A stretch of DNA of 64,000 nt from an uncultured Chroococcidiopsis sp. (GCA_964248365.1 CAXTYC010000004.1:64001-128000); one strand, 5' to 3'; shown: positions 20,291-30,502, counted from the first letter of the stretch. A program made the numbers and translations. The notes: generated from the sequence alone by a model not told the origin.

Positions 20291-20465
20291 TTCTTATATT
20301 GATGAACAGCTTTAACACACAGTATACCTCAGCTAAACAGCTAAATTGACAATTAGCTAATTAGCTAGTTAAATAATAAAAGAGTATTCACACAAATGAA
20401 ATTTTTAAAGCTTTTTTATCCTATATAGCAATTTTGCGCATCATTGGTGAACAGTAGATGATCTA

Positions 20466-20545
20466 GTAGGGTGGGCGAAGCCCCGTATTACACCATGCGG
20501 AGGGATTGCCCACCATTATCAGAAGGAGTGGGCAAGGGTGGCAAA
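20466..20545. repeat. GGTGGGC/ATTGCCCACC palindrome carrying a central 28-nt insert
   Basis: Insert GAAGCCCCGTATTACACCATGCGGAGGG at 20477-20504; near-identical insert at 55315-55343. Confidence 0.85.
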
Positions 20546-20729
20546 CTATAAATTTCACTTTTCCACCCTTTAGAGTACCAGCAACTAGAAGCTTGGTTTA
20601 GAAAAAGAAGATATGATGATAGAATTAAAATAACACAATAAATATGTTTTATTTACTTTATACTTATCAAACAAAATAGTTCGATTTTGGTAAAAATATC
20701 TAGTTATTTATTTCAAAAATAAAGTATTT

Positions 20730-21381
20730 ATGAGTCGAGACGTAGTTGCGTTATTTTCAGGTTGTGGTGGCTTAGATTTAGGCTTTCGTAAAGCAGATTT
20801 TAATGTTGTATGGGCAAATGAAAATGACAAATAAATTTGGCAGACTTACGATAACAACACCTCGCATTCCCACTTTACGGGATGCGATATGGGATTTACA
20901 AGAGTCTGCACTTTTGGGGGAGACTAACAAGACAAATGGGGAATCATGTTGTGTCCCAAACCATGAATATATGACTGGTGGGTTCTCTAGTATTTATATG
21001 TCACGTAACCGAGTTCGTTCTTGGGACGAACCATCTTTCACAATTCAAGCTGGTGGTAGACACGCACCAATACATCCACAAGCAAACAAAATAATTCATA
21101 TAGGAAAAGATAAGTGGATGTTTGATCCTAATTCACCACAAAGTTACAGAAGGCTATCAGTTCGAGAGTGTGCAAGAATTCAAACATTCTCGGATGAATT
21201 CATTTTTTATTACAATAACTTGGCTGCTGCATATAAAATGATTGGTAATGCTGTTCCTGTTAATTTTGGCTATGCTTTAGGATGGGCTATTTATGCAGAT
21301 TTATTTAATAGTACACAACAGAAATACAAAATGTTTAATCAAAAGCAAGAGTTGAGTACGCTGAATATAGCATTGAATTAA
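20730..21381 (+). pseudogene. C5 DNA methyltransferase pseudogene, M.HaeIII-like
   Basis: Motif [15 protein letters not shown] at 20832, then a frame change to the C-terminal half (YMSRNRVRSWDEPSFTIQA...YKMIGNAVP); catalytic PC and ENV motifs are missing. Confidence 0.88.
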
Positions 21382-21399
21382 AATTTTTAGTAAGATTGT

Positions 21400-21836
21400 C
21401 TATTTTCGGGTAATTACAATATTGTAATCTTGCTCCAAGCTATTGAGAATCTGATTATGATTAAGTTTATTAGGTTCTACTTGTGTAAATTTACCCAATT
21501 TCATTAGCTCGCTTAAAGATATTATCGTTTTTCTGTTGTCTTGGCGTTGATACGGCTCAAACCTGGTGTAGACGTTTTTACCTCTGTTGCTTCCTTCTGT
21601 CATAGGATTGATAGGTCTACAAATGATTTTAATATCTTTGCTTTGTGCTTTTACTGATTGAGAATTGATTGGTGAAAGATTTGCTAAAATATCTGTAATA
21701 GTCGATGGATGGTCATTAGAAATATATCAGCAATTAGCAACATTGTCTCCTTCGCCCGCACCTGCAACAATTTTTATAAGTTCGTCCTCCTTAACATGAT
21801 TGAACGCCCTCTTTTATTGCAAATAAGTGCCTTCAT
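21400..21836 (-). pseudogene. Degraded AT-rich ORF convergent on the methyltransferase (possible endonuclease remnant)
   Basis: The 67-aa ORF extends upstream in frame through several stop codons (...AGAGEGDNVANC*YISND...). Confidence 0.35.
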
Positions 21837-21881
21837 ATTAATATCAATCAGGCTTTAGGGCGTGTGTCTTGCGATCGCCCC

Positions 21882-23384
21882 TTATCCTTCTGTCAAAGCT
21901 TCATATTGTTTTTGATTAATTCGCCCTGCTTCATACAGCGTTTTGGTAATTTCAGAAATACTTAACACAGAATGAGCGCGATAACCATTTTCTTTCAGCC
22001 TATCTTTAACACCTTGTTCATGATCGATAAACACTACAATGTCATTCACATTCAACCCCGATGACTTCAACTTTTCTGCCCCTTCCATTGCGCTTTTACC
22101 GCTAATCAGAATGTCATCGACTACGACAACGGTTTCTCCTGGATGAAAAGTTCCCTCAATTACTCTGCGAGTACCGTGTGCTTTGACTTCCTTGCGAGGA
22201 TAAATCATGGGACAATTGAGCCGCAAAGATAATCCAGTTGCTGTTGGTAAAGAACCATAGGGTATTCCAGCAATTCGATCAAAACTAAGGTCTTTCAAAA
22301 CTTCTGCATATGAGTTGATAATTTGCTCAAAGATTTGGGGATTAGAAATGATTGTGCGTAAGTCAATATAGTAAGGAAATGTTGCACCCGATGCTTGAAC
22401 AAACTCGCCAAATATGATGCAACCAATATCATAAAGTTGTAAAATTAAAGGAGTTTGAGGATGCTGATTTAATAAACAGACATCGGGCAACCATAGGGAA
22501 CATTTAGAACCTTCAAAAATAACTTTATTTCTGACTTGATTAACTTCCTGACATAGAGATTTAATTGCAACAGATGGATTTTCATCGCTTAAAATATCTT
22601 GGGGAACAGGAATGAGTAAACCATCACCGTTGTTATTTAAGCCTGCTGCTACTAGAGAATTCAAATTGCCACCTTCTGCCCAAATGCTACGAGCGAGTAT
22701 TATTCTTTCCTCCGCGATCGCGCGAATTTGGGATAATACATTAGGTGATATGGTTCCTACTTCCAAACCCAATTGTTCTTGCGTACCCCAGGTTTTGGCT
22801 TCCTTAGCTATTTGTAAGTAAAGGGGAGATTCTGGAGAGGGATATTGCTGCAAAGGAATCGCCCCAGGATTGGAAGTACAGCACAAGACAAATACCCCCT
22901 TACCTGGATATACTAAAAAAGGTGCTACCAAATCTTGCCCTGGATATGGAGTGAGTGTAATTGCATCTACTTGCCAATCTTCAAATACAGTCTGGGCAAA
23001 AACAGTACTAGTATTGAGATCGCTATGCTTTGCATCTAAAATAATTGGAATGTTACTAGGAATAGCCTTGAGTGTTTGTTGCAACAATTCTATTCCTTGG
23101 ACACCTAAAGCCTGATAAAAGCCAAGGGTGGGTTTATAGGCACAAACGCTTTGTGATGTTTCTGTAATTAGAAATTGCAGCCATTCCCACAAGTCACTGA
23201 TGGTACTATCTGTATTTCTTATGGTTGGGGCGGGTTTTTCCGATATATCTGTTCTCCTCCAGAGCTTTTGATTAAACCCGCCCCTACTTGTGCGGGGCAA
23301 CATTTCTGGATTAGGATCGAGTCCCAGAAACAATAAGCTATCATTTCGGGCGATCGCTGCATTCAATTTATCGAAAAAGTTCAT
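21882..23384 (-). CDS. pyrF: Bifunctional OMP decarboxylase / orotate phosphoribosyltransferase
   Basis: GLDP, YKP, IILDAKHSD in the N-terminal domain; YYIDLR and VVVVDDILISGKS in the C-terminal PRTase domain. Confidence 0.93.
   Translation of the reverse strand: MNFFDKLNAAIARNDSLLFLGLDPNPEMLPRTSRGGFNQKLWRRTDISEKPAPTIRNTDSTISDLWEWLQFLITETSQSVCAYKPTLGFYQALGVQGIELLQQTLKAIPSNIPIILDAKHSDLNTSTVFAQTVFEDWQVDAITLTPYPGQDLVAPFLVYPGKGVFVLCCTSNPGAIPLQQYPSPESPLYLQIAKEAKTWGTQEQLGLEVGTISPNVLSQIRAIAEERIILARSIWAEGGNLNSLVAAGLNNNGDGLLIPVPQDILSDENPSVAIKSLCQEVNQVRNKVIFEGSKCSLWLPDVCLLNQHPQTPLILQLYDIGCIIFGEFVQASGATFPYYIDLRTIISNPQIFEQIINSYAEVLKDLSFDRIAGIPYGSLPTATGLSLRLNCPMIYPRKEVKAHGTRRVIEGTFHPGETVVVVDDILISGKSAMEGAEKLKSSGLNVNDIVVFIDHEQGVKDRLKENGYRAHSVLSISEITKTLYEAGRINQKQYEALTEG
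23224..23287. repeat. 64-bp REP-like element inside the pyrF-pyrE coding sequence
   Basis: GTTGGGGCGGGTTT...AAACCCGCCCCTAC. Confidence 0.85.
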
Positions 23385-23513
23385 AATATATCTCGGCTAA
23401 TGGGAGCTAATGTAGCAAGGGTTTGTCGAAATACAATCGCAGATGCACTATTAGAGGCACACAGAGGAGATAATGGATATACATAAACTACCCTCTGTGT
23501 CCTCTCCCCTTTG

Positions 23514-24986
23514 ATGTATTTCCTAAAGCGATTTTCCTTCAGAAATCGTTTGTTTACTCCTTTGTACACTAGCTTTTTGCTGCTCGTACTGTTGCTACTG
23601 GGGCAAGGAGTTTTGAACGTGTTTGTAAAAGTCCAGCATCAGCGAACTTTCGACAGGATAACTCATTCTTTATTAGTAGAGCGCGAAACAGAACGACTGC
23701 TTAGCTGGGCGCTAGATGAGCAAACAAGTGTACGCGGTTACGTAATTACCGCAAATGCAGAATTTTTGGAACATCATAGGAATGCAAATAGCGCCTTTCG
23801 CAGCAGCTTCAACCGCTTATACTCATTGGTAAAGGACAATCCTACCCAACTGGGACAACTCAATCAGATTAAAGGAATCCACGATCGCTGGCAAAGTCAA
23901 TTTGTCCAGAAAGTATTTGCAGGTACTGCCAGCAAAACTAGCTTACCTGGAAAGATCTTGTTCGATCCGATGCGGCGGATAGTAAAAAGCCTATTAGAGC
24001 AAGAAGAAAAGGTTCTAAGCGATCGCCAGCGGCAGTTAAGCCAAATTTACCAGACACAGACAATTTTGGATGTATTCAACATAGTGGCAATCTTGGCAGG
24101 AGTAGGCTGGAACCTTTGGTATTTGCGGCGACGGGTGGAGATTCCCCTACGTCAATTAACCTTTGTAGGCAGGGCTTGGCGAGAGGGGCGTATGGATGTG
24201 CGGCTTGATTACACGTCTCGTGACGAAATCGGACGGCTGGCGGTTGTTCTTGATGCTATGGCAAGCGAGATCCGCGATCGCCAAGAGTATACCCAAATGC
24301 GTAACCAACAACTTGAGGACTTGATTTCTGCCCTCTCTCACGATCTACGCACTCCCCTGCTTGCCACCCGCAACACCTTGCGCCCAATGCTTAATGGGGC
24401 TTTTGGTTCTGTTAACGACACCTGGAGAGAGATACTCGAAGAGTACCGTGAGGCAAATGAGGAGTTGCTCAAACTAGTTGATGCCCTTTTAGATGTCTCG
24501 CGCTATCAAGCTGGAGGCGGACATAATCTGAACTGGGAACGACTTGACTGGGAAAAGATCTGTATCCAAGCTATTAACAATATCAGTGCTATTCAAGAAC
24601 GTCCCTACCCACCTACTTTAAAAATTGCCCCCTCACTCCCAACTACCTACGGCGATCAATTAGAAATTCAAAGAGTTGTGCAGAACCTGCTAGACAACGC
24701 TGTGCGGGTAAGTGAACCAAACAAGCCGATTGTGATTGAGGTTGCCCCGCTTGGTGTTGCTTACGTCAAAGTTTCTGTGAGTGACAAGGGATCAGGTATT
24801 GCCCCACAAGAAAAGGAAAAGCTATTTCATCGCTTTATTCAGGGACGAAATCGACCAGGTAGAGTGGGACTAGGGCTGTACTTGTGCCGCCAAATTGTCC
24901 AAGCACATGGAGGCACAATCAATGTTGAAAGTAAGCTGGGTGAAGGCAGCACTTTTTGGTTTACTCTTCCTGTTGTACGTATGTGA
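23514..24986 (+). CDS. Sensor histidine kinase (CHASE3-HAMP-HisKA-HATPase)
   Basis: DEQTSVRGYVIT (CHASE3), DEIGRL (HAMP), SHDLRTP, NLLDNA, GLGL. Confidence 0.95.
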   Translation: MYFLKRFSFRNRLFTPLYTSFLLLVLLLLGQGVLNVFVKVQHQRTFDRITHSLLVERETERLLSWALDEQTSVRGYVITANAEFLEHHRNANSAFRSSFNRLYSLVKDNPTQLGQLNQIKGIHDRWQSQFVQKVFAGTASKTSLPGKILFDPMRRIVKSLLEQEEKVLSDRQRQLSQIYQTQTILDVFNIVAILAGVGWNLWYLRRRVEIPLRQLTFVGRAWREGRMDVRLDYTSRDEIGRLAVVLDAMASEIRDRQEYTQMRNQQLEDLISALSHDLRTPLLATRNTLRPMLNGAFGSVNDTWREILEEYREANEELLKLVDALLDVSRYQAGGGHNLNWERLDWEKICIQAINNISAIQERPYPPTLKIAPSLPTTYGDQLEIQRVVQNLLDNAVRVSEPNKPIVIEVAPLGVAYVKVSVSDKGSGIAPQEKEKLFHRFIQGRNRPGRVGLGLYLCRQIVQAHGGTINVESKLGEGSTFWFTLPVVRM

Positions 24987-25132
24987 ACTTAAATAAACAG
25001 CCGACTGTGTGTTGCCGGAAGAATTGTGCATCATAGATGAGCTAGTTTGACTGGGATCTGTTTATTTTTGTCGTTCTACTTACCAATTGGAACTGGGTTT
25101 AGAAAATAAGAAATATATGAGCAGCTCTAGCT

Positions 25133-25801
25133 ATGTCGGATAGCGAACATCCTATACGAATTTTATTGGTTGAGGATCATGCCTTGATGCGCCGAGGGAT
25201 GAAAGGTCAGTTTGCCCTAGAGCCGAGTTTTAGCATTGTGGGCGAGGCAGTTGATGGCGTAGAGGCGATTAAATTAGCTGCCTCTCTAGAACCAGATGTA
25301 GTTTTGATGGATATTGATTTGCCAGTCATGGATGGCATCACTGCTACACAGCAAATTAAGAGCGATCGCAATGACACTAAAATACTTGCTTTAAGTGCCT
25401 TTGATAACGATACCCAAGTGATGGGAATGCTAGCAGCTGGTGCTGACGGTTACTGCCTCAAAAGCATCGAATGGGAACAACTAATCGCCGTGATTCAATT
25501 GATCCAAGGCGGCGGCGCTTATCTCGATCCTCAAGTAGCGCGAAAGGTAGCCCGAATGCTCAAGCCTACTGCTTCCTCCCAGCTTAGTGAGCCGCCCCAG
25601 CAGCCATTGCCAATTCTTAGCGAAAGAGAGCGCGAAATTCTTAAACTTATTGCTCAAGGATGCTCAAACTCTGAAATTGCTCAGCAGTTATACCTGTCGC
25701 TCGGAACTGTTAAGTCGTATGTACGGATGATCCTCAACAAACTCAGCGTTGACGATCGCGTTCAAGCAGCAGCTCTGGCTATACGCGAAGGTCTGATTTA
25801 A
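25133..25801 (+). CDS. NarL/LuxR family response regulator
   Basis: LLVEDH, DVVLMD receiver domain; LSEREREIL...TVKSYVRMILNKL HTH. Confidence 0.96.
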   Translation: MSDSEHPIRILLVEDHALMRRGMKGQFALEPSFSIVGEAVDGVEAIKLAASLEPDVVLMDIDLPVMDGITATQQIKSDRNDTKILALSAFDNDTQVMGMLAAGADGYCLKSIEWEQLIAVIQLIQGGGAYLDPQVARKVARMLKPTASSQLSEPPQQPLPILSEREREILKLIAQGCSNSEIAQQLYLSLGTVKSYVRMILNKLSVDDRVQAAALAIREGLI

Positions 25802-26133
25802 GCAGGTTGTAAAGTTTGCTGCAAAAGGGTTTTTAACTCTATACAGGTGGAAGCTACTGGTAGTTTTACATTTATAGACGGTTCAGACCACAAAATAAAA
25901 GGTTTATCTATCTGAAGACAGAAGTTTTCGGGTACAGGCAGGCATACTATCAAAACGTCAGGATTAAATAAAGTTACTTCCTCAACTGTGGGAGTCCCGT
26001 AGTAAGGTAGTGCCTCTATGCCCTGCTTTAGACAGTAGCGACTAACACGTTGTACCGTAGTGACGTTTTTACCCACAATCATAATTTTATGGCTTGGTAT
26101 GCCAGATCCTGCTTGATTAAAGAAGTTTGTCAC
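25798..26133 (-). CDS. Hypothetical protein (degenerate receiver-like fold possible)
   Basis: KIMIVG...NPDVLIV...PFILWS beta-strand pattern. Confidence 0.55.
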   Translation of the reverse strand: MTNFFNQAGSGIPSHKIMIVGKNVTTVQRVSRYCLKQGIEALPYYGTPTVEEVTLFNPDVLIVCLPVPENFCLQIDKPFILWSEPSINVKLPVASTCIELKTLLQQTLQPA

Positions 26134-26315
26134 GTAAATGTAGCGAACATATAAGCTAGTGTGTTAACTAGGTAAGTATAAAGCTTGACATGATTTTGTT
26201 CGCAACTGCGTTGTGGCTATCCTAGTGGATAGTTTTTTAAATGTACCGGATACTATCTACATCTATCCGGCGGGTAGTATTTTCATTTGGTGTATTCGAG
26301 AATACTGTTTAACAG

Positions 26316-26642
26316 ATGGATAAAAGAATCAGTGTTTTCGGACAAGTAATCGTGAATACTACTGAAAAAATTTATGAGCTAGTAAGGCAATGGTGTTTCG
26401 CCCGTGACCAACGTAGAGCCAGCGAAGCGCTTCGCCAGATAGCGATTATAACAGGGTGCATCCCAGATCTCCCAGAATACTTGAACGAAAAACAGGGCAA
26501 GGTTGTGGTTAAGTGGCTACAAGAAAATCACCCCAATGCTTACCTATGGGCTATAAGTCAATTCTGTGTGGGTCATCCAGCAACAGTCTGGGGTATGGGT
26601 TTTGCTAATCCTCGCAGTGTAACGCCTAAATTCGCGCAATAG
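26316..26642 (+). CDS. Hypothetical protein
   Basis: 108-aa ORF, 17 bp upstream of the DUF4327 gene. Confidence 0.6.
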   Translation: MDKRISVFGQVIVNTTEKIYELVRQWCFARDQRRASEALRQIAIITGCIPDLPEYLNEKQGKVVVKWLQENHPNAYLWAISQFCVGHPATVWGMGFANPRSVTPKFAQ

Positions 26643-26659
26643 GTTTGTGAGTAAAAACG

Positions 26660-26893
26660 ATGGTTGTAAATACATTGCCCGTTGCCCTGTACTCCTTGGA
26701 TGTAATTAAACAGGAAGCGCATCACTTGGTAAACAAAGGAGTAGTCAGCCGAAATCAACCGATATATACACTCTGTCAGTACATTCCAGCACGAGAGTGG
26801 ACTTGTTTTGAGCGGGAGTTGGAAATAAACGAATTTTTACTGCGCGATCGCATTGGCGATCTGCTAGGTCGGGAAGAATGGGATAATGACTAA
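26660..26893 (+). CDS. DUF4327 family protein
   Basis: YSLDVIKQEA...SRNQPIYTLCQYIPAREW...EFLLRDRIGDL...EEWDND. Confidence 0.85.
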   Translation: MVVNTLPVALYSLDVIKQEAHHLVNKGVVSRNQPIYTLCQYIPAREWTCFERELEINEFLLRDRIGDLLGREEWDND

Positions 26894-26897
26894 AATG

Positions 26898-27065
26898 AGG
26901 GGCTAGAGGCTAGGGGCTAGAAGAGAGCTGAGGGAGCTGAGGAAGCTGAGGAAGCTGAGGAGATGAGGAAAAAGGGAGATAGGGAGAAATCCCCTCATCA
27001 CCTCACCACAATCACCCCTCATCCTCTTCCCCTAGCCCCTAGCCTCCAGCCCCTAGCCCCTAGCC
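26898..27065. repeat. Composite STRR array between convergent genes
   Basis: GGGGCTA and GAAGCTGAG units facing TAGCCCC units. Confidence 0.9.
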
Positions 27066-27374
27066 TCAAGTAGTGTACGTGTAGCACACTGCTACACCAT
27101 CCACAATGGTAACTGTAATTGTTTCTGCTTTACACCCTTGCCCTACGTTATATGTGCAGTCAATTACATCGCACTGGGACACATCGCCCACTCCCATCGC
27201 AACCTGCATTGTAGTTACTGGCTCTTGTGTGTAGGTGTAACATTTAGCCAGATTATCTTCAAAGGTAATGTCGATTGCTCCGGCTGTACACTGCTGACCT
27301 TTGTTGTGGGTGCAGTTAATTACGCCGCATTGGTACACAAGACCTAGATCCCTAGGATCGCTTCTTTGAAGCAT
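27066..27374 (-). CDS. Cys-rich protein with two DUF1540-like repeats
   Basis: CGVINCTHNKGQQCTAGAI...CYTY and CDVIDCTYNVGQGCKAETI...CYTY. Confidence 0.8.
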   Translation of the reverse strand: MLQRSDPRDLGLVYQCGVINCTHNKGQQCTAGAIDITFEDNLAKCYTYTQEPVTTMQVAMGVGDVSQCDVIDCTYNVGQGCKAETITVTIVDGVAVCYTYTT

Positions 27375-27694
27375 AGCATTTTACTGCCGCAAGTCGTTTG
27401 ATTACAGCACTTTATCACGCTGGAACCAGAAGAAATCGTATCGTAGGCAACACCCCCACCCAGGTAGCTATCCAAACTCATCAAAACAGTTTACAGATCC
27501 GCCCAAGGTAGGGAAAAATAGAATAACGAATAATCAATTTTAGATTTTGAAAACCTTAGATTTTGGATTAAAAGATTTTCCCTACATACCCCAAAACAAA
27601 ACAATCTAAAATCAGGAATCAGTAATTTTCAAGCTCCAACCGAAATTAGCTCGAAGTGAATCTAAAATCTAAAATCTAAAATCTAAAATTCTTT

Positions 27695-28387
27695 ATGGCA
27701 CAAGTAGAAATCTACAGTTCGACAGTTTGCCCTTATGCCCATCGCACACGGCTAGCTTTGCTAGAGAAGGGTATAGACTTCAAACTGACTGAGATTGATC
27801 TAGAAAATAAGCCAGAAGGGTTTACTGAGATTTCGCCTTATGGTAAAGTACCAGTAATTAGGTATAAAAATGATCGTGTTTGGGAATCTTCAATCATCAA
27901 TGAGTATCTAGATGAAGTGTTTCCCACGCCGCTATTGATGCCAAGCGATGCGGGAACTAGAGCAATCGCCCGCATCTGGATTGATTTTGCTAATACTAAA
28001 TTCATCCCAGCCTTTTATAAGTTACTGCTAAACCAAGATCCAGCACAACAGCAAGAATGGGCGCAAGAGTTACACAATCATTTGTTGTTCATGGAGTCTG
28101 AAGGCTGGGGTAAATCTGAGAACGGTTCCTATTGGCTAGGAGAATCGGTTAGCCTAGTTGATTTATCTTTCTACCCCTGGTTTGAACGCTGGGCTGTGCT
28201 AGAACATTATCGTGGCTTTACCTTGCCATCCCAGTGCAAGCGACTAAAGCAATGGCACTTGACTATGGCTAATCGTGAATCTGTAGCTGCGATCGCGCAT
28301 CGAGCAGACTTCTACATTCAACAATACATCAAATACGCCAGTGGTACAGCCTCCGGCATCACCGCCCAAGAAATGCGACGAGTATAA
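27695..28387 (+). CDS. Glutathione S-transferase (omega-like, CPYA)
   Basis: CPYAHR, GKVP, ESSIINEYLD. Confidence 0.93.
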   Translation: MAQVEIYSSTVCPYAHRTRLALLEKGIDFKLTEIDLENKPEGFTEISPYGKVPVIRYKNDRVWESSIINEYLDEVFPTPLLMPSDAGTRAIARIWIDFANTKFIPAFYKLLLNQDPAQQQEWAQELHNHLLFMESEGWGKSENGSYWLGESVSLVDLSFYPWFERWAVLEHYRGFTLPSQCKRLKQWHLTMANRESVAAIAHRADFYIQQYIKYASGTASGITAQEMRRV

Positions 28388-28451
28388 CAAAGTAGGGTGG
28401 GCATTGCCCACCATATCTAATAATTATATTTAATAATTATTAAGTTGCAAT

Positions 28452-28835
28452 TCAAAGTTTAAACATACGCCCTAGCCAAACAAAGGCAAAAACCCCCAAT
28501 AGCAACCAGATAGCAACCACTACAACAGCTGCTATCCAACTGTTAGGGGTAGATTGATTCATAGCCACTTCAGCCTGTTTGCGGCAATCTTCTAAAACCG
28601 CTGGGGGAATCATCCTCACAACCAGAATAATCCCCAATGGCACTAATACCAGATCATCCAAATATCCGATGACAGGAATTATGTCAGGAATTAAGTCTAT
28701 AGGACTAAGGGCATAAGCAACGACAATTGCTGCTAATGTCCTAGCATACCAAGGAACTCTGGAATCTTTACAGGCAAGGTAGATTACCAATGTCTCTTTT
28801 TTTAGTTTCCTTACCTGTTGTTTCCAGTCTTTCAT
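28452..28835 (-). CDS. YkvA/DUF1232 family membrane protein
   Basis: YALSPIDLIPDIIPVIGYLDD. Confidence 0.92.
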   Translation of the reverse strand: MKDWKQQVRKLKKETLVIYLACKDSRVPWYARTLAAIVVAYALSPIDLIPDIIPVIGYLDDLVLVPLGIILVVRMIPPAVLEDCRKQAEVAMNQSTPNSWIAAVVVVAIWLLLGVFAFVWLGRMFKL

Positions 28836-28925
28836 TATAGTGACTATTGGCTAGTGGAACCAGTGGAACCAGTGGCTGGCTTTTTTCTAGTCACTAGTCA
28901 CCAGTTCCACTAGTTCCACTATTTT

Positions 28926-30185
28926 TTAACCCACGACAGCTGATACTGGCTGATTTAGTGCTGCTTTCAACACCTCAGCCTTATCTGTCCGTTCCCAAGG
29001 CAACTCTAAATCAGTGCGTCCAAAGTGACCGTAAGCGGCGACATCTTGGTAGAAGCGCCCACTTCTTTCGGCTGGTAAGGAGCGCAAGTTGAATGCATGA
29101 ATGATTCCAGCCGGACGCAGTTCAAAATGCTGGAGTACCAACTCTAGCAAACGCTCATCATCAATTTTGCCAGTGCCAAAGGTTTCCACCAAAATGCTGA
29201 CTGGTCGAGCTACTCCAATTGCATAGCTTAGCTGAACTTCGCACTTGTCTGCTAGTCCTGCGGCAACAATATTCTTAGCGACGTAGCGACAGGCATAGGC
29301 AGCACTACGGTCTACCTTGGTTGGGTCTTTACCTGAAAATGCGCCGCCGCCGTGCCTGGAGTACCCACCATAGGTATCAACAATAATTTTGCGTCCTGTC
29401 AGCCCTGCATCTCCTTGGGGACCACCGATGACAAACTTTCCGGTAGGATTGACCAAAAAGCGGGTTTCGCTATCTGGTTGAAGGTCAACATCGGCAAAAA
29501 CAGGTTCTACTACTGCTGCCCAGAGGTCTTCTTTAATCTTCGCTTGCACCGCTGCCTCATCGGTGATGTCGCCAATGGTAGGGGCGTGTTGGGTGGAAAT
29601 CAGAATGGTATCAATTCCCACTGGTCGTCCGTCTTCATAGGCAACGGTTACTTGAGTTTTACCATCTGGGCGTAAGTATGGCAAATCACCTGTTTTACGG
29701 ACTGCTGCTAGACGGCGAGAAATCCGGTGAGCCAGACTGATGGGCAAGGGCATCAGTTCAGGAGTTTCGTTACAGGCGAAGCCGAACATGATTCCCTGAT
29801 CGCCTGCGCCAATCGTATCAAATTTTTCGTCGCTATCTTGTCGGCTTTCTTGCGCGGTGTTGACACCCTGAGCAATATCAGGGGATTGTTCATCTAAAGC
29901 TACTAAAACAGCGCAGCTATTGGAACAGAAGCCATTAACGGCATCGGTGTAGCCAATTTCGGCTATTTTCTGCCGGATGAGATTGACGTAATTTATGTGA
30001 GCTTTGCTAGTAATTTCACCAGTAACTAATACTAATCCAGTATTTACGACTACTTCTGCTGCTACTCGGCTACTGGGATCTAGTGCCAGCAGTGCATCTA
30101 AAATAGTGTCGGAAATTTGATCGCAGATTTTATCTGGATGACCTTCGGTTACAGATTCTGAGGTAAATAGGTAGCGACGAGACAA
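28926..30185 (-). CDS. metK: S-adenosylmethionine synthetase
   Basis: [28 protein letters not shown]. Confidence 0.99.
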   Translation of the reverse strand: MSRRYLFTSESVTEGHPDKICDQISDTILDALLALDPSSRVAAEVVVNTGLVLVTGEITSKAHINYVNLIRQKIAEIGYTDAVNGFCSNSCAVLVALDEQSPDIAQGVNTAQESRQDSDEKFDTIGAGDQGIMFGFACNETPELMPLPISLAHRISRRLAAVRKTGDLPYLRPDGKTQVTVAYEDGRPVGIDTILISTQHAPTIGDITDEAAVQAKIKEDLWAAVVEPVFADVDLQPDSETRFLVNPTGKFVIGGPQGDAGLTGRKIIVDTYGGYSRHGGGAFSGKDPTKVDRSAAYACRYVAKNIVAAGLADKCEVQLSYAIGVARPVSILVETFGTGKIDDERLLELVLQHFELRPAGIIHAFNLRSLPAERSGRFYQDVAAYGHFGRTDLELPWERTDKAEVLKAALNQPVSAVVG

Positions 30186-30502
30186 AGGCAGTTCCTCCTA
30201 GAGTATTGCTAGTGTAACTAAGTTTTTACCTTGAGTTAGCTACTTTAATTGTGCAATCATAACGACATTGCCAATAGTGGGTAGTTCCCATCTTCGCAGA
30301 TACTTCAAAATAGCCCAATAGAATCAGTATTTTAGCTTAGTTTAAGGTAATTATTTTGGAAAAATTTTAGTTGCAAATGGGTAACATAAGTGCAATAAAA
30401 GTGTAAATTGTGTGTAAAGTTTGGAACAAGAGGGGCTAGAAGAGAGCAGGGGGAGCAAAAGGAGGCAAAAGGGAGCCCCGTGAGAAAATGCATTCAAATT
30501 TA

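Noticed and set aside
20803..21381. Intact 192-aa methyltransferase ORF
   Set aside because: Lacks motif I and the catalytic PC; it is the 3' part of a pseudogene.
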